Assembly: GCA_017161655.1 (NCBI GenBank)
Contig: JADFCV010000004.1
Span: forward strand, 75,378-139,377
Direction of reading: 5' to 3'
DNA length: 64,000 nt
Source: Candidatus Sumerlaeota bacterium
GTDB taxonomy: Bacteria; Sumerlaeota; Sumerlaeia; Sumerlaeales; Sumerlaeaceae
Shown here: piece by piece, positions 20,545 through 29,646 of the stretch
Numbering within the stretch: the stretch's first letter is position 1
Layout: each line of letters begins with the position of its first letter
Notes under the pieces: generated by a model
Told to the model about the DNA's origin: nothing
Seen by the model: only the letters and a program-made list of their open reading frames with translations
Databases searched by the model: none
Position numbers and translations under genes: made by a program

Positions 20545-22528
20545 GGCTCAACACCTCGTCAATTTCGCTGAAGATCTGATCGTCCTCGAAAAGGTTCTGG
20601 ATAATCGAACCCGACGGACATGCTGCCACACACGTTCCGCATCCCGCGCACAGCGCTTCATCAATGCGCGCTTTTTTGAGTTGTTCGTCGAAACTGATGG
20701 CGTGATACGGGCACAGCGGAATGCAGGATTTACACCCGCTGCAGTGATCCGGGTTGATGTATGCCGTATTTGGTTCGATCTCCACGAACCCTTTGTCGAG
20801 TAGCGCTATTGCGTGTGCCGCAGCCGCACCTGCCTGGGCCACGGTGTCAGGGATGTCTTTTGGTCCCTGGCAGCAGCCCGCGATAAACACGCCAGCCGTG
20901 GCGGTTTCCACGGGTGCAAGTTTGGGGTGCTTCTCGAGGAAGAAACCCTCTTTCGAGCAGGAGATATTAAACATGCGCCGCACCTCGTCCGCCCCAGCAG
21001 CGGGCTCCAGTCCGACCGATAGCACCACCATGTCCACAGGGATGCGTCGCACGTAGGCCGACAGCGTGTCCTCCACGCGGATCACCAGTTTGCCTTCTTC
21101 TTCGGGCGTCATCGTCCAATCGGTCACCTCGGCCGCACGCCCGCGGATCATCTGAATTCCTTCGTCTAGCAAGCGCTCGTAAAACTCATCGTAGCCCTTC
21201 CCTGGGCAGCGCATATCAATGTAGAATTGGTACACGTCAGCCCCTGTGTGCTCGCGCAGCAAGTGAGCAAGCTTGAGCGAGTACATGCAGCACACACGCG
21301 AGCACCAGCGGTTCGTCTTTTTGTCGCGAGAACCAACACAGTGGATGATGCCAATCGACTTTGGCTTGCGGCCATTGCGGCAAACGATCTCGCCGCCCGT
21401 CGGCCCGGAGGAATTCACCAGCCGCTCGACCTCGAGAGACGTGTAAACATTCGCATAGATTCCATAGCCGTATAAGGGCAGCCGCGTCGCATCGAACGTC
21501 TTGAAACCGGTCGCAATAATCACGGCGCCGACTTCGATTTCCTCGATGCGTTCCGTCTGAGAAAAATCCACCGCTTTACGGTCACACACTGTCGCGCAAG
21601 GCGACTTGCACTTCCCTGTCTTGAATTTCAGGCAGGTCTCGGGATCAATCGTCACCACCGGCGGCACCGCCTGCGGGAACGGCATGAAGATCGGCTTACG
21701 CTTGCCCAGCCCCTCATTAAACTCGTCCTCGAATTTGGGCTCTTTGTAGACGCAAGCGCTTACGCACTCCATGCAGCCCACGCAAAGCTCTTCATCAATG
21801 TAACGCGGTTTCCGGCGCACTTTGACCTGGAACTTGCCAACGTGCCCGGCCACCTCCTGCACTTCAGAATAGGTCCACAGAGTGATGTTCGGGTGCTCGC
21901 GCACCTCGCTCATCTTTGGCGTGAGGATACAGGCCGCGCAATCGAGCGTCGGGAAAGTCTTATCATATTTGGCCATGTGGCCACCGATCGACGGCTCGCG
22001 TTCGACAAGATAAACGTGTTTGCCGCTGTTTGCGATCTCGAGTGCCGCCGTAATGCCAGCGATGCCGCCCCCAACCACAAGCACGCTTTGATCAACAGCG
22101 AAACGCTTGCGTTCGAGCGGTTTGTGATACTGGACGCGCGCCACGGCCGCTCGTACTTGGTCCTTCGCCTTTTCCGTTGCCGCCTTGCGATCTTCATGCA
22201 CCCACGAGCCATGCTCGCGGATGTTCACCATCTGGAAATAATACGGGTTGAGCCCAGCGCGTTGCAAAGCGCCCCGGAATGTGGCTTCGTGAAGGTTTGG
22301 CGAACACGCGGCCACCACGATGCGATTCAGGCCGTGCTCGGCAATGTCCGCGATGATCATCTCTTGTCCTGGATCCGAGCACATATACTTGTAAGTCCGT
22401 GCCAAAGCGACGTGTGGCAGCGTCTGTGCGTAATCGCACACGGCTTTCACGTCAATGGTGCCCGCAATATTCAGCCCGCAGTGGCAGATGTAGACCCCAA
22501 TGCGAACCTCTTTTCCGTTGTTTTCCAT
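20537..22528 (-). CDS. hdrA: Heterodisulfide reductase subunit A (FAD, multiple Fe-S)
   Basis: VYICHCGLNIAG N-terminal Cys motif. FAD-binding VVGGGIAGITAALE. Two 4Fe-4S ferredoxin motifs. Start placed at the internal ATG (MENNGKEV) preceded by AAGGAGGTG, 13 nt after the hdrB stop. Confidence 0.9.
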   Translation of the reverse strand: MENNGKEVRIGVYICHCGLNIAGTIDVKAVCDYAQTLPHVALARTYKYMCSDPGQEMIIADIAEHGLNRIVVAACSPNLHEATFRGALQRAGLNPYYFQMVNIREHGSWVHEDRKAATEKAKDQVRAAVARVQYHKPLERKRFAVDQSVLVVGGGIAGITAALEIANSGKHVYLVEREPSIGGHMAKYDKTFPTLDCAACILTPKMSEVREHPNITLWTYSEVQEVAGHVGKFQVKVRRKPRYIDEELCVGCMECVSACVYKEPKFEDEFNEGLGKRKPIFMPFPQAVPPVVTIDPETCLKFKTGKCKSPCATVCDRKAVDFSQTERIEEIEVGAVIIATGFKTFDATRLPLYGYGIYANVYTSLEVERLVNSSGPTGGEIVCRNGRKPKSIGIIHCVGSRDKKTNRWCSRVCCMYSLKLAHLLREHTGADVYQFYIDMRCPGKGYDEFYERLLDEGIQMIRGRAAEVTDWTMTPEEEGKLVIRVEDTLSAYVRRIPVDMVVLSVGLEPAAGADEVRRMFNISCSKEGFFLEKHPKLAPVETATAGVFIAGCCQGPKDIPDTVAQAGAAAAHAIALLDKGFVEIEPNTAYINPDHCSGCKSCIPLCPYHAISFDEQLKKARIDEALCAGCGTCVAACPSGSIIQNLFEDDQIFSEIDEVLSHV

Positions 22529-22541
22529 CGTCGTCACCTCC

Positions 22542-23432
22542 TTATGCTCCCACCGCCGCCGGGGCAAACTGCTTGCGAAGCGCACACCGATCCCAGGTGA
22601 GATTGCGCTGCAGGCCAAGCGTCTTTGGATCTATTCCGAACGCCAACCCCATGAGCTGCGTGTAGTACATGCAGGGAATCGAGACGTCTTCGCCAAATCG
22701 CCGGACGATTTCCGGTTGATAAGAATCGAGATTGAAGTGGCACAGCGGGCACACACTCACGATGAGGTTAGCCCCCTGGCGCTTGGCTTCGCGAAGGATG
22801 GCAAAGACCAAACGTTGAGCCACTGAAGGCAGCGTGCCCATCTGGCTGCCTCCACAGCAGCGTGTCTTCAGGGGGAAGTGCACCGAACGCGCGCCAAGAG
22901 CTTCGCATAACTCGTCAATCTTAGTGGGGAAGTGCTGCTGGTCGAAATCCTTGTAAGGTCTCACGGTTTGGCAGCCATAGTATGCCGCCACTTTCACGTC
23001 TTTCAGAGGGAACTTGACGTGCTTCTTGATTTCGTCGAGCCCGACATCATGGACAAAGATGTCGAGCATGTGGCGCACGCGCACAGTGCCTTGGTAGTTT
23101 AGTCCTGCCTTCCGCAACGAGCCCTTCACACGATTCCCCACCGCCGGGTATTCTTCAATATAATGTTTCGTCTTATTAAGGACGAGGTAGCAGCCGCTGC
23201 ACGGTGTGGTCATCTGTGTGGCCCCCTCTTTTTCCGCCAGCGCGAGATTCCGGGCGGCCAGCGCGAGAGCATTGTGCTCATCCACAGACATGTACGCCGT
23301 GGCCCCGCAGCAGTTCCAGTCATCAATCTCTTTTAGCTCCACACCAAGCTCACGGATGACAGCCTGCGTACTCTCCTCGCAGGCACGTCCAGTGCCCAGC
23401 ACGGAGCAGCCGGGGAAGTAATGGTACCTCAT
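22542..23432 (-). CDS. hdrB: Heterodisulfide reductase subunit B (two CCG domains)
   Basis: CxxCG...CCG repeats (WNCCGATA; PCSGC; KTRCCGGS; CPLCHFNLD). Confidence 0.88.
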   Translation of the reverse strand: MRYHYFPGCSVLGTGRACEESTQAVIRELGVELKEIDDWNCCGATAYMSVDEHNALALAARNLALAEKEGATQMTTPCSGCYLVLNKTKHYIEEYPAVGNRVKGSLRKAGLNYQGTVRVRHMLDIFVHDVGLDEIKKHVKFPLKDVKVAAYYGCQTVRPYKDFDQQHFPTKIDELCEALGARSVHFPLKTRCCGGSQMGTLPSVAQRLVFAILREAKRQGANLIVSVCPLCHFNLDSYQPEIVRRFGEDVSIPCMYYTQLMGLAFGIDPKTLGLQRNLTWDRCALRKQFAPAAVGA

Positions 23433-24028
23433 TGTGTTCGCGCCTCCTTTCCATTGCCATTCTCAGGGTATTCCATGATTTCGCGAATACGCTGCGGATC
23501 TCGCACGCTCTCCGGACGCAAGGAGAAACGCCCACGCCGAATGAGCTCGATGCCAAGCCGCGCCATGCCCAGCATCTTGAGGGGATTGGTTAACAAGTTG
23601 AGGCGCGTTACGAGGTGGATCTCATTCACGCGGCCGCGTGATCGAACCATCTTGTAGAACTCGTTCGCCAGCACGACCATCGCAAAACGCCGCGGATAGG
23701 CTTTCTCGCGGATCGCCATCTGCTTGAGGGCGTACATGATGTCGGTCACCTTGATCTCGCGCGGACACTCCACCGTGCACGCATAGCACGATGAGCACAG
23801 CCAAATCGTGTTCGACGCCATGACCTCCTTCTTGAAGCCATAACGGACAAGGTTCATCACGCGCCGCGGTGTCATATCCATGTAGATACTCAGCGGGCAA
23901 ACGCCTGAGCACGTGCCGCACTGAATGCAGCTGTCCAGCTTTTCACAGCCAGGGATCTTCTTGATCGCGGCAGGAAAGCTTGGGTCGCAATCCGCCTGAT
24001 ATTTGATATGCCTCGTGGTGACATCCAT
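23429..24028 (-). CDS. hdrC: Heterodisulfide reductase subunit C (2x[4Fe-4S])
   Basis: CIQCGTCSGVCP and CSSCYACTVECP ferredoxin motifs. 4-bp overlap with hdrB. Confidence 0.85.
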   Translation of the reverse strand: MDVTTRHIKYQADCDPSFPAAIKKIPGCEKLDSCIQCGTCSGVCPLSIYMDMTPRRVMNLVRYGFKKEVMASNTIWLCSSCYACTVECPREIKVTDIMYALKQMAIREKAYPRRFAMVVLANEFYKMVRSRGRVNEIHLVTRLNLLTNPLKMLGMARLGIELIRRGRFSLRPESVRDPQRIREIMEYPENGNGKEARTQ

Positions 24029-24033
24029 GGTGG

Positions 24034-24630
24034 CTATTTGACCCTCCCTTCTTTGGGAATCGTTGGTCTGCCCAAATGCTCGTCAGCCGATGCATGTTCA
24101 CCTAACTGGTGAGCCACGGCCCCCACGTCCATTCGGGCTACTCTCTGGTCACGGAGATGTCGCGCTGAAGCCACGCAGCGCAGCTCTCCCGCGTCAGCAA
24201 TCGTGGCGCGTTCCAGACCATTGCGAACCATCTCGACGGTTTTGCTCCAAAAGCGCTGGAGCGGGCACGTCGCACTGTCTCCACAGATACGCAGTCCAAG
24301 CAGGCACGGAGCGCTGAAAGGCCGCCCAGTCACCGCTTCTGCGACTTCGAGCAATGGGATCGCACTTGCGGGGCGCGCCAGCGTAACTCCGCCGCGAAAA
24401 CCTCGTCGCGTCGTCACAAAACCTTTGCGTCGAAGACGATAAACAAGCTTCGCCAGATAGGCTCGGGGTATCCCAGTCGCACGGGCGATCTCTTCCACAT
24501 GCAAAGGTTGCCCGTCGGGATCCTCTAAAAGGCCCAGGGTCAGGATCGCATAAGCTGTCGTTTGGTTGAGAGCGAGCATGGTCTTGAGCGATTTGTGAAA
24601 ACTTTCACGATCTTTTGTGATGATTTTCAC
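24034..24630 (-). CDS. Rrf2 family transcriptional regulator with three clustered Cys (possible Fe-S sensing)
   Basis: Rrf2 N-terminal wHTH (YAILTLGLL...HVEEIARATGIPRAYLAKLVYRLRRKGFVTTRRG). Cys triad C-x6-C-x5-C. Stop is 5 nt before the hdrC start. The true start may be the internal Met at 24579. Confidence 0.75.
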   Translation of the reverse strand: MKIITKDRESFHKSLKTMLALNQTTAYAILTLGLLEDPDGQPLHVEEIARATGIPRAYLAKLVYRLRRKGFVTTRRGFRGGVTLARPASAIPLLEVAEAVTGRPFSAPCLLGLRICGDSATCPLQRFWSKTVEMVRNGLERATIADAGELRCVASARHLRDQRVARMDVGAVAHQLGEHASADEHLGRPTIPKEGRVK

Positions 24631-24640
24631 AATATCTTAG

Positions 24641-24675
24641 ACCAAAAGGTCAACATAAAAAGTGACCCCAAGGTC
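24641..24675. promoter_or_regulatory. Two GACC-N4-GGTC palindromes, 23 bp apart, candidate operator upstream of the Rrf2-hdr-mvh operon
   Basis: GACCAAAAGGTC (24641-24652) and GACCCCAAGGTC (24664-24675) lie in the divergent intergenic region between the Rrf2 gene and the ADH gene. Confidence 0.3.
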
Positions 24676-24935
24676 GTGTTTTTAGATGACTAAAAAGACG
24701 TGACTTGTGGCCTTTGTCGGCAAAAGAACGGCCTCTCCGCTGGGTCGCTAAACGATTTTGTCCCGGTATTTTTTGCGATATTTTCCGTTGGATTCCTTAT
24801 GGCGCCGAGAAAATTGTCCTAAAATGGTCCCCCTTCCCCCCCGTCAGGATTCTTTCCGTGAGTCAGGTGTAGTTGCCTTCGAACGTTGTCTGTTTAGCGA
24901 AGGTTCGGCGATGCACCATCACAAAGGAGGTCGTT

Positions 24936-25943
24936 ATGAGTTTTCGTGCTTATGCTGCACCGGCAGCGGGAAAAGAGCTTGAACCCATTCAGCTCGAGCG
25001 TCCTTCCGAGTTAGGGCCGTTTGATGTCGAAATCCTCGTGGAATGTTGCGGGATCTGTCATAGTGACATTCACCTCATCGATAACGATTGGAGAATTAGT
25101 TCCTACCCGCTCATACCTGGCCATGAGGTTGTAGGTAAGATAGTGCGGAAAGGTGCGCTTGTCCAGAACGTCAAGGAGGGCGACCGTGTCGGCGTGGGAT
25201 GGCAATGCGCATCGTGCCTGGCGTGTGAATGGTGCGAGCGAGGGGAGGAGCCCGCTTGCGACCACCATGTTGCTACGTGTGTAGGGCGCCCAGGAGGCTA
25301 TGCCGAATATCTCATTGCCGACAGTCGGTTTGCTTTTCCTATACCTGAGGCATTGCCCTCCGAGAGCGCAGCGCCGCTTCTATGCGGCGGCATCACGGTC
25401 TTCACCCCGCTGAGCCGCTTTGCCTCGCCAAGCGACCGCGTCGGTGTCATTGGGATCGGGGGGCTAGGCCATCTTGCGCTGCAGTTTGCCCGTGCGATGG
25501 GCTGCGAGGTTACCGCTTTCTCAACTTCCCCTTCAAAAGAAGCTGAGGCGAAGCGTTTGGGAGCGCATCACTTCGTCGTTTCGACGGATGAGAAGGCGAT
25601 GAAGGCACTTGCCAATTCGTTCGATCTCATTCTTTCCACGGTTACCGCGGACTTGAACTGGCCGATGTGGCTGAGTCTTGTGCGGAAACACGGTCGGCTG
25701 CAGCTTGTGGGAGCCTCGCCAGGAAATATCAGCGTGCCAGTGATGCAGCTCGTGGGAGGTCAAAAGACGATCAGCGGAACGATCATCGGCGGCCGCGCTG
25801 GCATCCGCAAAATGCTCGCTTTCGCTGCGCGGCATGGGGTGCGAGCTCAGGCGGAAGTGCTGCCACTCGATCGCGTGAATGAGGCCGTTGCGCGTGTTCG
25901 CGCTAATCAGGCTCGCTACCGCATGGTGCTCAAAGTGCAGTAA
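24936..25943 (+). CDS. Zinc-dependent NAD(P)-alcohol dehydrogenase (cinnamyl-alcohol dehydrogenase/YahK-like MDR)
   Basis: CGICHSD catalytic Zn motif, GHE, structural Zn Cys tetrad (CASCLACEWC...C), GIGGLGH Rossmann. AAGGAGG ribosome-binding site before the ATG at 24936. Confidence 0.85.
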   Translation: MSFRAYAAPAAGKELEPIQLERPSELGPFDVEILVECCGICHSDIHLIDNDWRISSYPLIPGHEVVGKIVRKGALVQNVKEGDRVGVGWQCASCLACEWCERGEEPACDHHVATCVGRPGGYAEYLIADSRFAFPIPEALPSESAAPLLCGGITVFTPLSRFASPSDRVGVIGIGGLGHLALQFARAMGCEVTAFSTSPSKEAEAKRLGAHHFVVSTDEKAMKALANSFDLILSTVTADLNWPMWLSLVRKHGRLQLVGASPGNISVPVMQLVGGQKTISGTIIGGRAGIRKMLAFAARHGVRAQAEVLPLDRVNEAVARVRANQARYRMVLKVQ

Positions 25944-25968
25944 CGAAAGACATTTATTAAAAAGAGCA

Positions 25969-26011
25969 AGCCTCGCATGGCAAAGGGCATGCTTCCCTTG
26001 CCGTGCGAGGC
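25969..26011. terminator. Strong bidirectional stem-loop terminator between convergent genes
   Basis: GCCTCGCATGGCAAAGGG-CATGCTT-CCCTTGCCGTGCGAGGC near-perfect inverted repeat. T-tract on the minus-strand side (reverse-complement CTCTTTTTAATAAATG). Confidence 0.5.
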
Positions 26012-26067
26012 TCACGTTGTGCGTGCCCCGTGTTTTTCGGCGACGATTGGAAGACCTTCGCGCCTGG

Positions 26068-26418
26068 TCAGGAGGATTTCTCTGCTGCCCCCGTCAAATC
26101 GTTCTCGTGGGGAGCAGGTGGCTGGGTGGTGCTATTTTCCACCTTTTCCGGCTGGGGTTTTTGCGAGGCGAAGACGAAAGCCATGCGCGCTTCATGCAGG
26201 GCATCAGCCAGCAGTCGCTGTTCGTCATCGCTCAAATTGCCTCTGGTCTTTTCCTGAATGACTTCGAGCAGAGAAATCTCCAACTGCGCCAGCTCAAGGT
26301 TGCGGTCTTCTTTTGAGCTGACCTCTCCGCAAAACCACAGTGCCTGCGTGAGATGTTGCTGCACCAATAAGGCGAAGGTCTTGTGAATTCCGCCCGAGCT
26401 CATCGTTCGTTCCTCCAC
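26068..26418 (-). CDS. Small acidic hypothetical protein (116 aa)
   Basis: ORF co-oriented 41 bp downstream of ldcA and followed by the strong terminator hairpin. No recognisable motif. Confidence 0.4.
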   Translation of the reverse strand: MEERTMSSGGIHKTFALLVQQHLTQALWFCGEVSSKEDRNLELAQLEISLLEVIQEKTRGNLSDDEQRLLADALHEARMAFVFASQKPQPEKVENSTTQPPAPHENDLTGAAEKSS

Positions 26419-26459
26419 CTAATGGAATGACGAATCGGTTCGCTGACGTCATATCTGTA

Positions 26460-27470
26460 TTATTTTACAGCGGGCTCTTCGATCCTGAGTTCCCCTTTGC
26501 GTGTATCCATGCTGCCTTTCACTCCGAACGGAATCGTGGTGTAATCGTCGATGTGGCCGAAGGGTGCTCCGATCATCACCGGAATCCCGAGCGGTTTCAA
26601 TCGGTCCGTGATGACGTCATCAATGATCTGCTCATATTCATGCGACGGTTGGCGTGGGAATCCCTCAGCCTTTCGGGGAACGCCTCCGGCAAAGCGCTCC
26701 GCTTCGATTTTCGCCGTCTCATCGTCGGGCACATTCCTTCCGAAAACAATGCCGGCCGCACGTTGCAATTTCCCAGCGAGCAAGAGCTGGGTGAGCATCC
26801 GATCGATACGATAGGGTTTTTCGTCCACGTCCTCGAGATAAACGATGGCACCAGTCGTTTCGATTTCATAGGGCGTGCCAAGAAGAGCTGTCACCAGACA
26901 GAGGTTCCCTCCCACGAGGCGTCCCTCAGCTCGCCCTTCGCGCACCACGCGGTAATTTCTGTCCGGAGCCCCCTGCCACACAGATCCAGCGGGAAGCGCG
27001 CACATGAGCGTTCGGAGCATGCTTGCCACTGTAAATGCTCGAGGTTCCTCCTTGGCAAACGCACTCAGCAACATCGGCCCATGGAAGGTGACCAGATGGC
27101 AGCGCCGCCAAAACGCAAGATGTAGGGCGGTGATATCGCTGTAACCAATAAGCGGCTTCGGGTTCTTGAGGGCGGCTTCGTAATCAATACCATCGAGCAA
27201 ACGCATCGTGCCATAGCCGCCGCGGATACACATAATCGCATCCACTTTCGGGTCGCGTAACATCGCGTTGAGATCCGCCAGGCGCTCTTTATCCGCAGCG
27301 GCGAGATACCCCAGGCGTTTCCGCGTAAAGCGACCTTCACGTACCTCAAACCCCAGTCTCTTCAAGTTCTCGATGCCTTTGTCTATGGCTTTGAGATCAC
27401 GCGCAGCGCTAGCTGGGGCAACTAGGCCAATCGTCATTCCTTGTTCGAGTCGTCGCGGTTTCAGAACCAT
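26460..27470 (-). CDS. ldcA: LD-carboxypeptidase (peptidase S66, muramoyltetrapeptide carboxypeptidase LdcA-like)
   Basis: IGLVAPAS N-terminal motif, GYSDITAL (catalytic Ser), C-terminal HxxxxPxG region. Start chosen at the internal Met; the longest ORF extends to 27497. Confidence 0.8.
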   Translation of the reverse strand: MVLKPRRLEQGMTIGLVAPASAARDLKAIDKGIENLKRLGFEVREGRFTRKRLGYLAAADKERLADLNAMLRDPKVDAIMCIRGGYGTMRLLDGIDYEAALKNPKPLIGYSDITALHLAFWRRCHLVTFHGPMLLSAFAKEEPRAFTVASMLRTLMCALPAGSVWQGAPDRNYRVVREGRAEGRLVGGNLCLVTALLGTPYEIETTGAIVYLEDVDEKPYRIDRMLTQLLLAGKLQRAAGIVFGRNVPDDETAKIEAERFAGGVPRKAEGFPRQPSHEYEQIIDDVITDRLKPLGIPVMIGAPFGHIDDYTTIPFGVKGSMDTRKGELRIEEPAVK

Positions 27471-27620
27471 AATCCTATCCCTGTGAGCCGCAACCACATC
27501 GACAAAAGTCCGTGATTACAAGTCGGAAAAATGCGCGCCGATAAGAAAAAACCGGAGGAAGAGACAAAAAGAAAAAGGCAGCGGGAAGCCCGCTGCCTGT
27601 CGCCCCATTGGAAGCTTCGT

Positions 27621-28235
27621 TTACGCTTTTGTGGGTTCTTCGCTCGGCTTCTTAGCTACCTTCACGAGTGCCGGACGGATGACACGTCCCTTGAAACGAT
27701 AGGCAGGGCGCAGAACTTCAACGATCTGCCCATCGGGCACGTCCGAGCGTTCCTCAATGCTGAGAGCTTCAGCCAGCGTCGGATCAAACGGTTGTCCCGT
27801 CACATCAACCCGTTCCAGTCCTTCGCTGCCGAGAGTGCTCATCAGCTGGGCAGCAATCATTTCAATTCCCTGGCGGACGCTCTCCACGTCCTGAGCGGTT
27901 TTTGCACTTTCCAGCGCACGCTCAAAGTTGTCTAGTACTGGCAACAACGTAGAAAGCAACGCCTCCTTGGCGGAGTCGCGCAGTTCTTCTTTTTCTTTGA
28001 GCGTCCGTCGCCGAAAATTGTCAAAGTCCGCCTTTTGGCGCTTGAGCGCCTCGCGGAGCTGTTCGTTTTCTGCTGCCATTTGTTGAGCCGCCATATCGAT
28101 TTGACGCACAAGCTCCGGATCGAGTTTCCCTACGCCTTCTTCGGCCAGCAGGCGACCAACATGTTCTCGGTAGAAAGCCCGCCGTAACCGATACCGTTCT
28201 CGTGCACTGTGAGAATTGTTCATCATAGTTCTCAT
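27621..28235 (-). CDS. grpE: Nucleotide exchange factor GrpE
   Basis: Coiled-coil N-terminal half, C-terminal beta-domain (FDPTLAEAL...GRVIRPALVKVAK). Confidence 0.88.
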   Translation of the reverse strand: MRTMMNNSHSARERYRLRRAFYREHVGRLLAEEGVGKLDPELVRQIDMAAQQMAAENEQLREALKRQKADFDNFRRRTLKEKEELRDSAKEALLSTLLPVLDNFERALESAKTAQDVESVRQGIEMIAAQLMSTLGSEGLERVDVTGQPFDPTLAEALSIEERSDVPDGQIVEVLRPAYRFKGRVIRPALVKVAKKPSEEPTKA

Positions 28236-28478
28236 GGGTGTTGTTTGCTGAGTGAATTCCAGCTCTGAACTGTTGTGCCTTTGCTCAACCTATCTACCAT
28301 AACCTTATGCGCAAATTTGTCTTTTGTCTGTCCTTCCTTTTGCCTTGCCTGCCCGCCGTTGCCAGCCTATCGGCATGAATTCAAGCGAGCATCACGAGTC
28401 TCCTGTGCAAAGTGGATGCCGCTGCTTGGCAAAAGAAGTAGCAAGCTAGGAACTCCGAGTTCTGAGTGAGAGAGTCGC

Positions 28479-29297
28479 GTGAAAGAGATGAAATCTTTTT
28501 TCCAGATCATGGCGTGGGTAGCAGCGTTTGGTGTGATGCGTGTGTTTGGGCAGCCCACGGACGTGCCGCCCGCTGATCCCGGAATGCCGCCTCCCGCCCG
28601 ACCCGCGCCAGGTCAACAACCCGTTGACCCTGGACAACCCACTCCAGCCCAACAACCAGGCCAGCCGACTCCCACAGCCACGCCTACGCCCATCGTTTAT
28701 GAAAATATCCCCGTAAAGACACTATGGGATCAGTATCGTGAGGCCGTGAAGAAGATCGAAACCAAAGCTCCCGACGCGTTCGATTCGCTTGTGCGCCTGT
28801 TCAGCTCAGAAGACGAAAGATGGCTGCGGGCCAACACGCCGTTCCTTATAGATCTGCTTAGCTCAGGAACCATTGCATCGAGTTCGACCGAAGAGAAGAA
28901 AGCTTTTGTGGCGGAAGCAATTCTGCGCAACATGCCGCGCGACATCTCTGGCCAGCCTAAGTTTTATCGTCCCGTCGGCAGCCCCTACGGCGTGGCGCTC
29001 GTTACCGATACTTCCAGTGGCCGCCCCCTGGACTACGTTACTCTTGTCTATCAGGAATCTGGCCGATGGGTGCTCTACCATCCTTTCTTTGCACGCGATT
29101 TCGTCTGGGTTCCGCAGCTCGCGTACTATAAGAAACTCAAAGCCATTCCAAATTCTCCGGACGAATTAGAATACTTAAAGAGCGGTTTCGCGCCCTTTAG
29201 CCAATGGGCACGAAGCTTTTTCACATATTGCGGCTATTCGACAGGAGAGGACGCACGTGGCAGGTCATCAGCTCCCACAGGCGCAGCGCGCCGCTGA
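28479..29297 (+). CDS. Secreted hypothetical protein with Pro/Gln-rich linker
   Basis: Signal peptide (MAWVAAFGVMRVFGQPTDV), PxxP/QP-rich segment, C-terminal globular region. No recognisable family. Confidence 0.55.
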   Translation: MKEMKSFFQIMAWVAAFGVMRVFGQPTDVPPADPGMPPPARPAPGQQPVDPGQPTPAQQPGQPTPTATPTPIVYENIPVKTLWDQYREAVKKIETKAPDAFDSLVRLFSSEDERWLRANTPFLIDLLSSGTIASSSTEEKKAFVAEAILRNMPRDISGQPKFYRPVGSPYGVALVTDTSSGRPLDYVTLVYQESGRWVLYHPFFARDFVWVPQLAYYKKLKAIPNSPDELEYLKSGFAPFSQWARSFFTYCGYSTGEDARGRSSAPTGAARR

Positions 29298-29547
29298 ACT
29301 TTTGAAGCGCATTCAAGCCAACGCTCTCGACGAGCGCGCGCACTACGAGCTAGCATGTGAGTTCCTACGCGAGGGGTCATTCCTGCAGGCTGCAGCAGAA
29401 TTTCGTCGCTCTGTGGAGCTTAATCCCGAATTTGTCGCAGCATGGCAGGGGCTCGCTCAAGCCTACCGCTCAGCCGGCATCGAAAAAGAAGCACGTGTCG
29501 CCGAGGAAAAGGTACGTCTCCTGGGTGACCCAGTGTCTTGGTTATAA
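29257..29547 (+). CDS. Small TPR-like repeat protein (GTG start; overlaps the 3' end of the upstream gene)
   Basis: TPR-like helical hairpins (ELACEFLREGSFLQAAAEFRRSVELNPEFVAAWQGLAQAY). 40-bp overlap with the preceding ORF and a non-ATG start lower confidence. Confidence 0.35.
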   Translation: MAGHQLPQAQRAAELLKRIQANALDERAHYELACEFLREGSFLQAAAEFRRSVELNPEFVAAWQGLAQAYRSAGIEKEARVAEEKVRLLGDPVSWL

Positions 29548-29646
29548 TAGACGCCGCACAGGACATGCCTTGCCCACAGCCAGGGTAGCTTCCCCGAAAG
29601 TCTGAGCTATTAGCAATTTAACTTTTTTACAAAAATGTCTTGTGAA

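Noticed and set aside
17604-22600. Long antisense ORFs inside mvhA, mvhG and hdrA (17604-18530 +, 19377-19982 +, 21842-22600 +)
   Set aside because: They lie entirely within, and opposite to, genes with unambiguous conserved motifs. High-GC genomes produce long spurious antisense frames. No motifs or ribosome-binding sites support them.
14854-22618. First in-frame ATG as start for the lipoprotein (14854), protease (17563), hdrA (22618) and queD (36269), Rrf2 (24630), metX (60702)
   Set aside because: Internal ATGs with Shine-Dalgarno-like sequences, signal-peptide/lipobox positions or family-typical N-termini give better starts. The longer forms would overlap upstream genes by 38-90 bp.
28236-28478. 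CIRCE (TTAGCACTC-N9-GAGTGCTAA) heat-shock operator upstream of grpE
   Set aside because: No sequence resembling the CIRCE inverted repeat occurs in the grpE upstream region.
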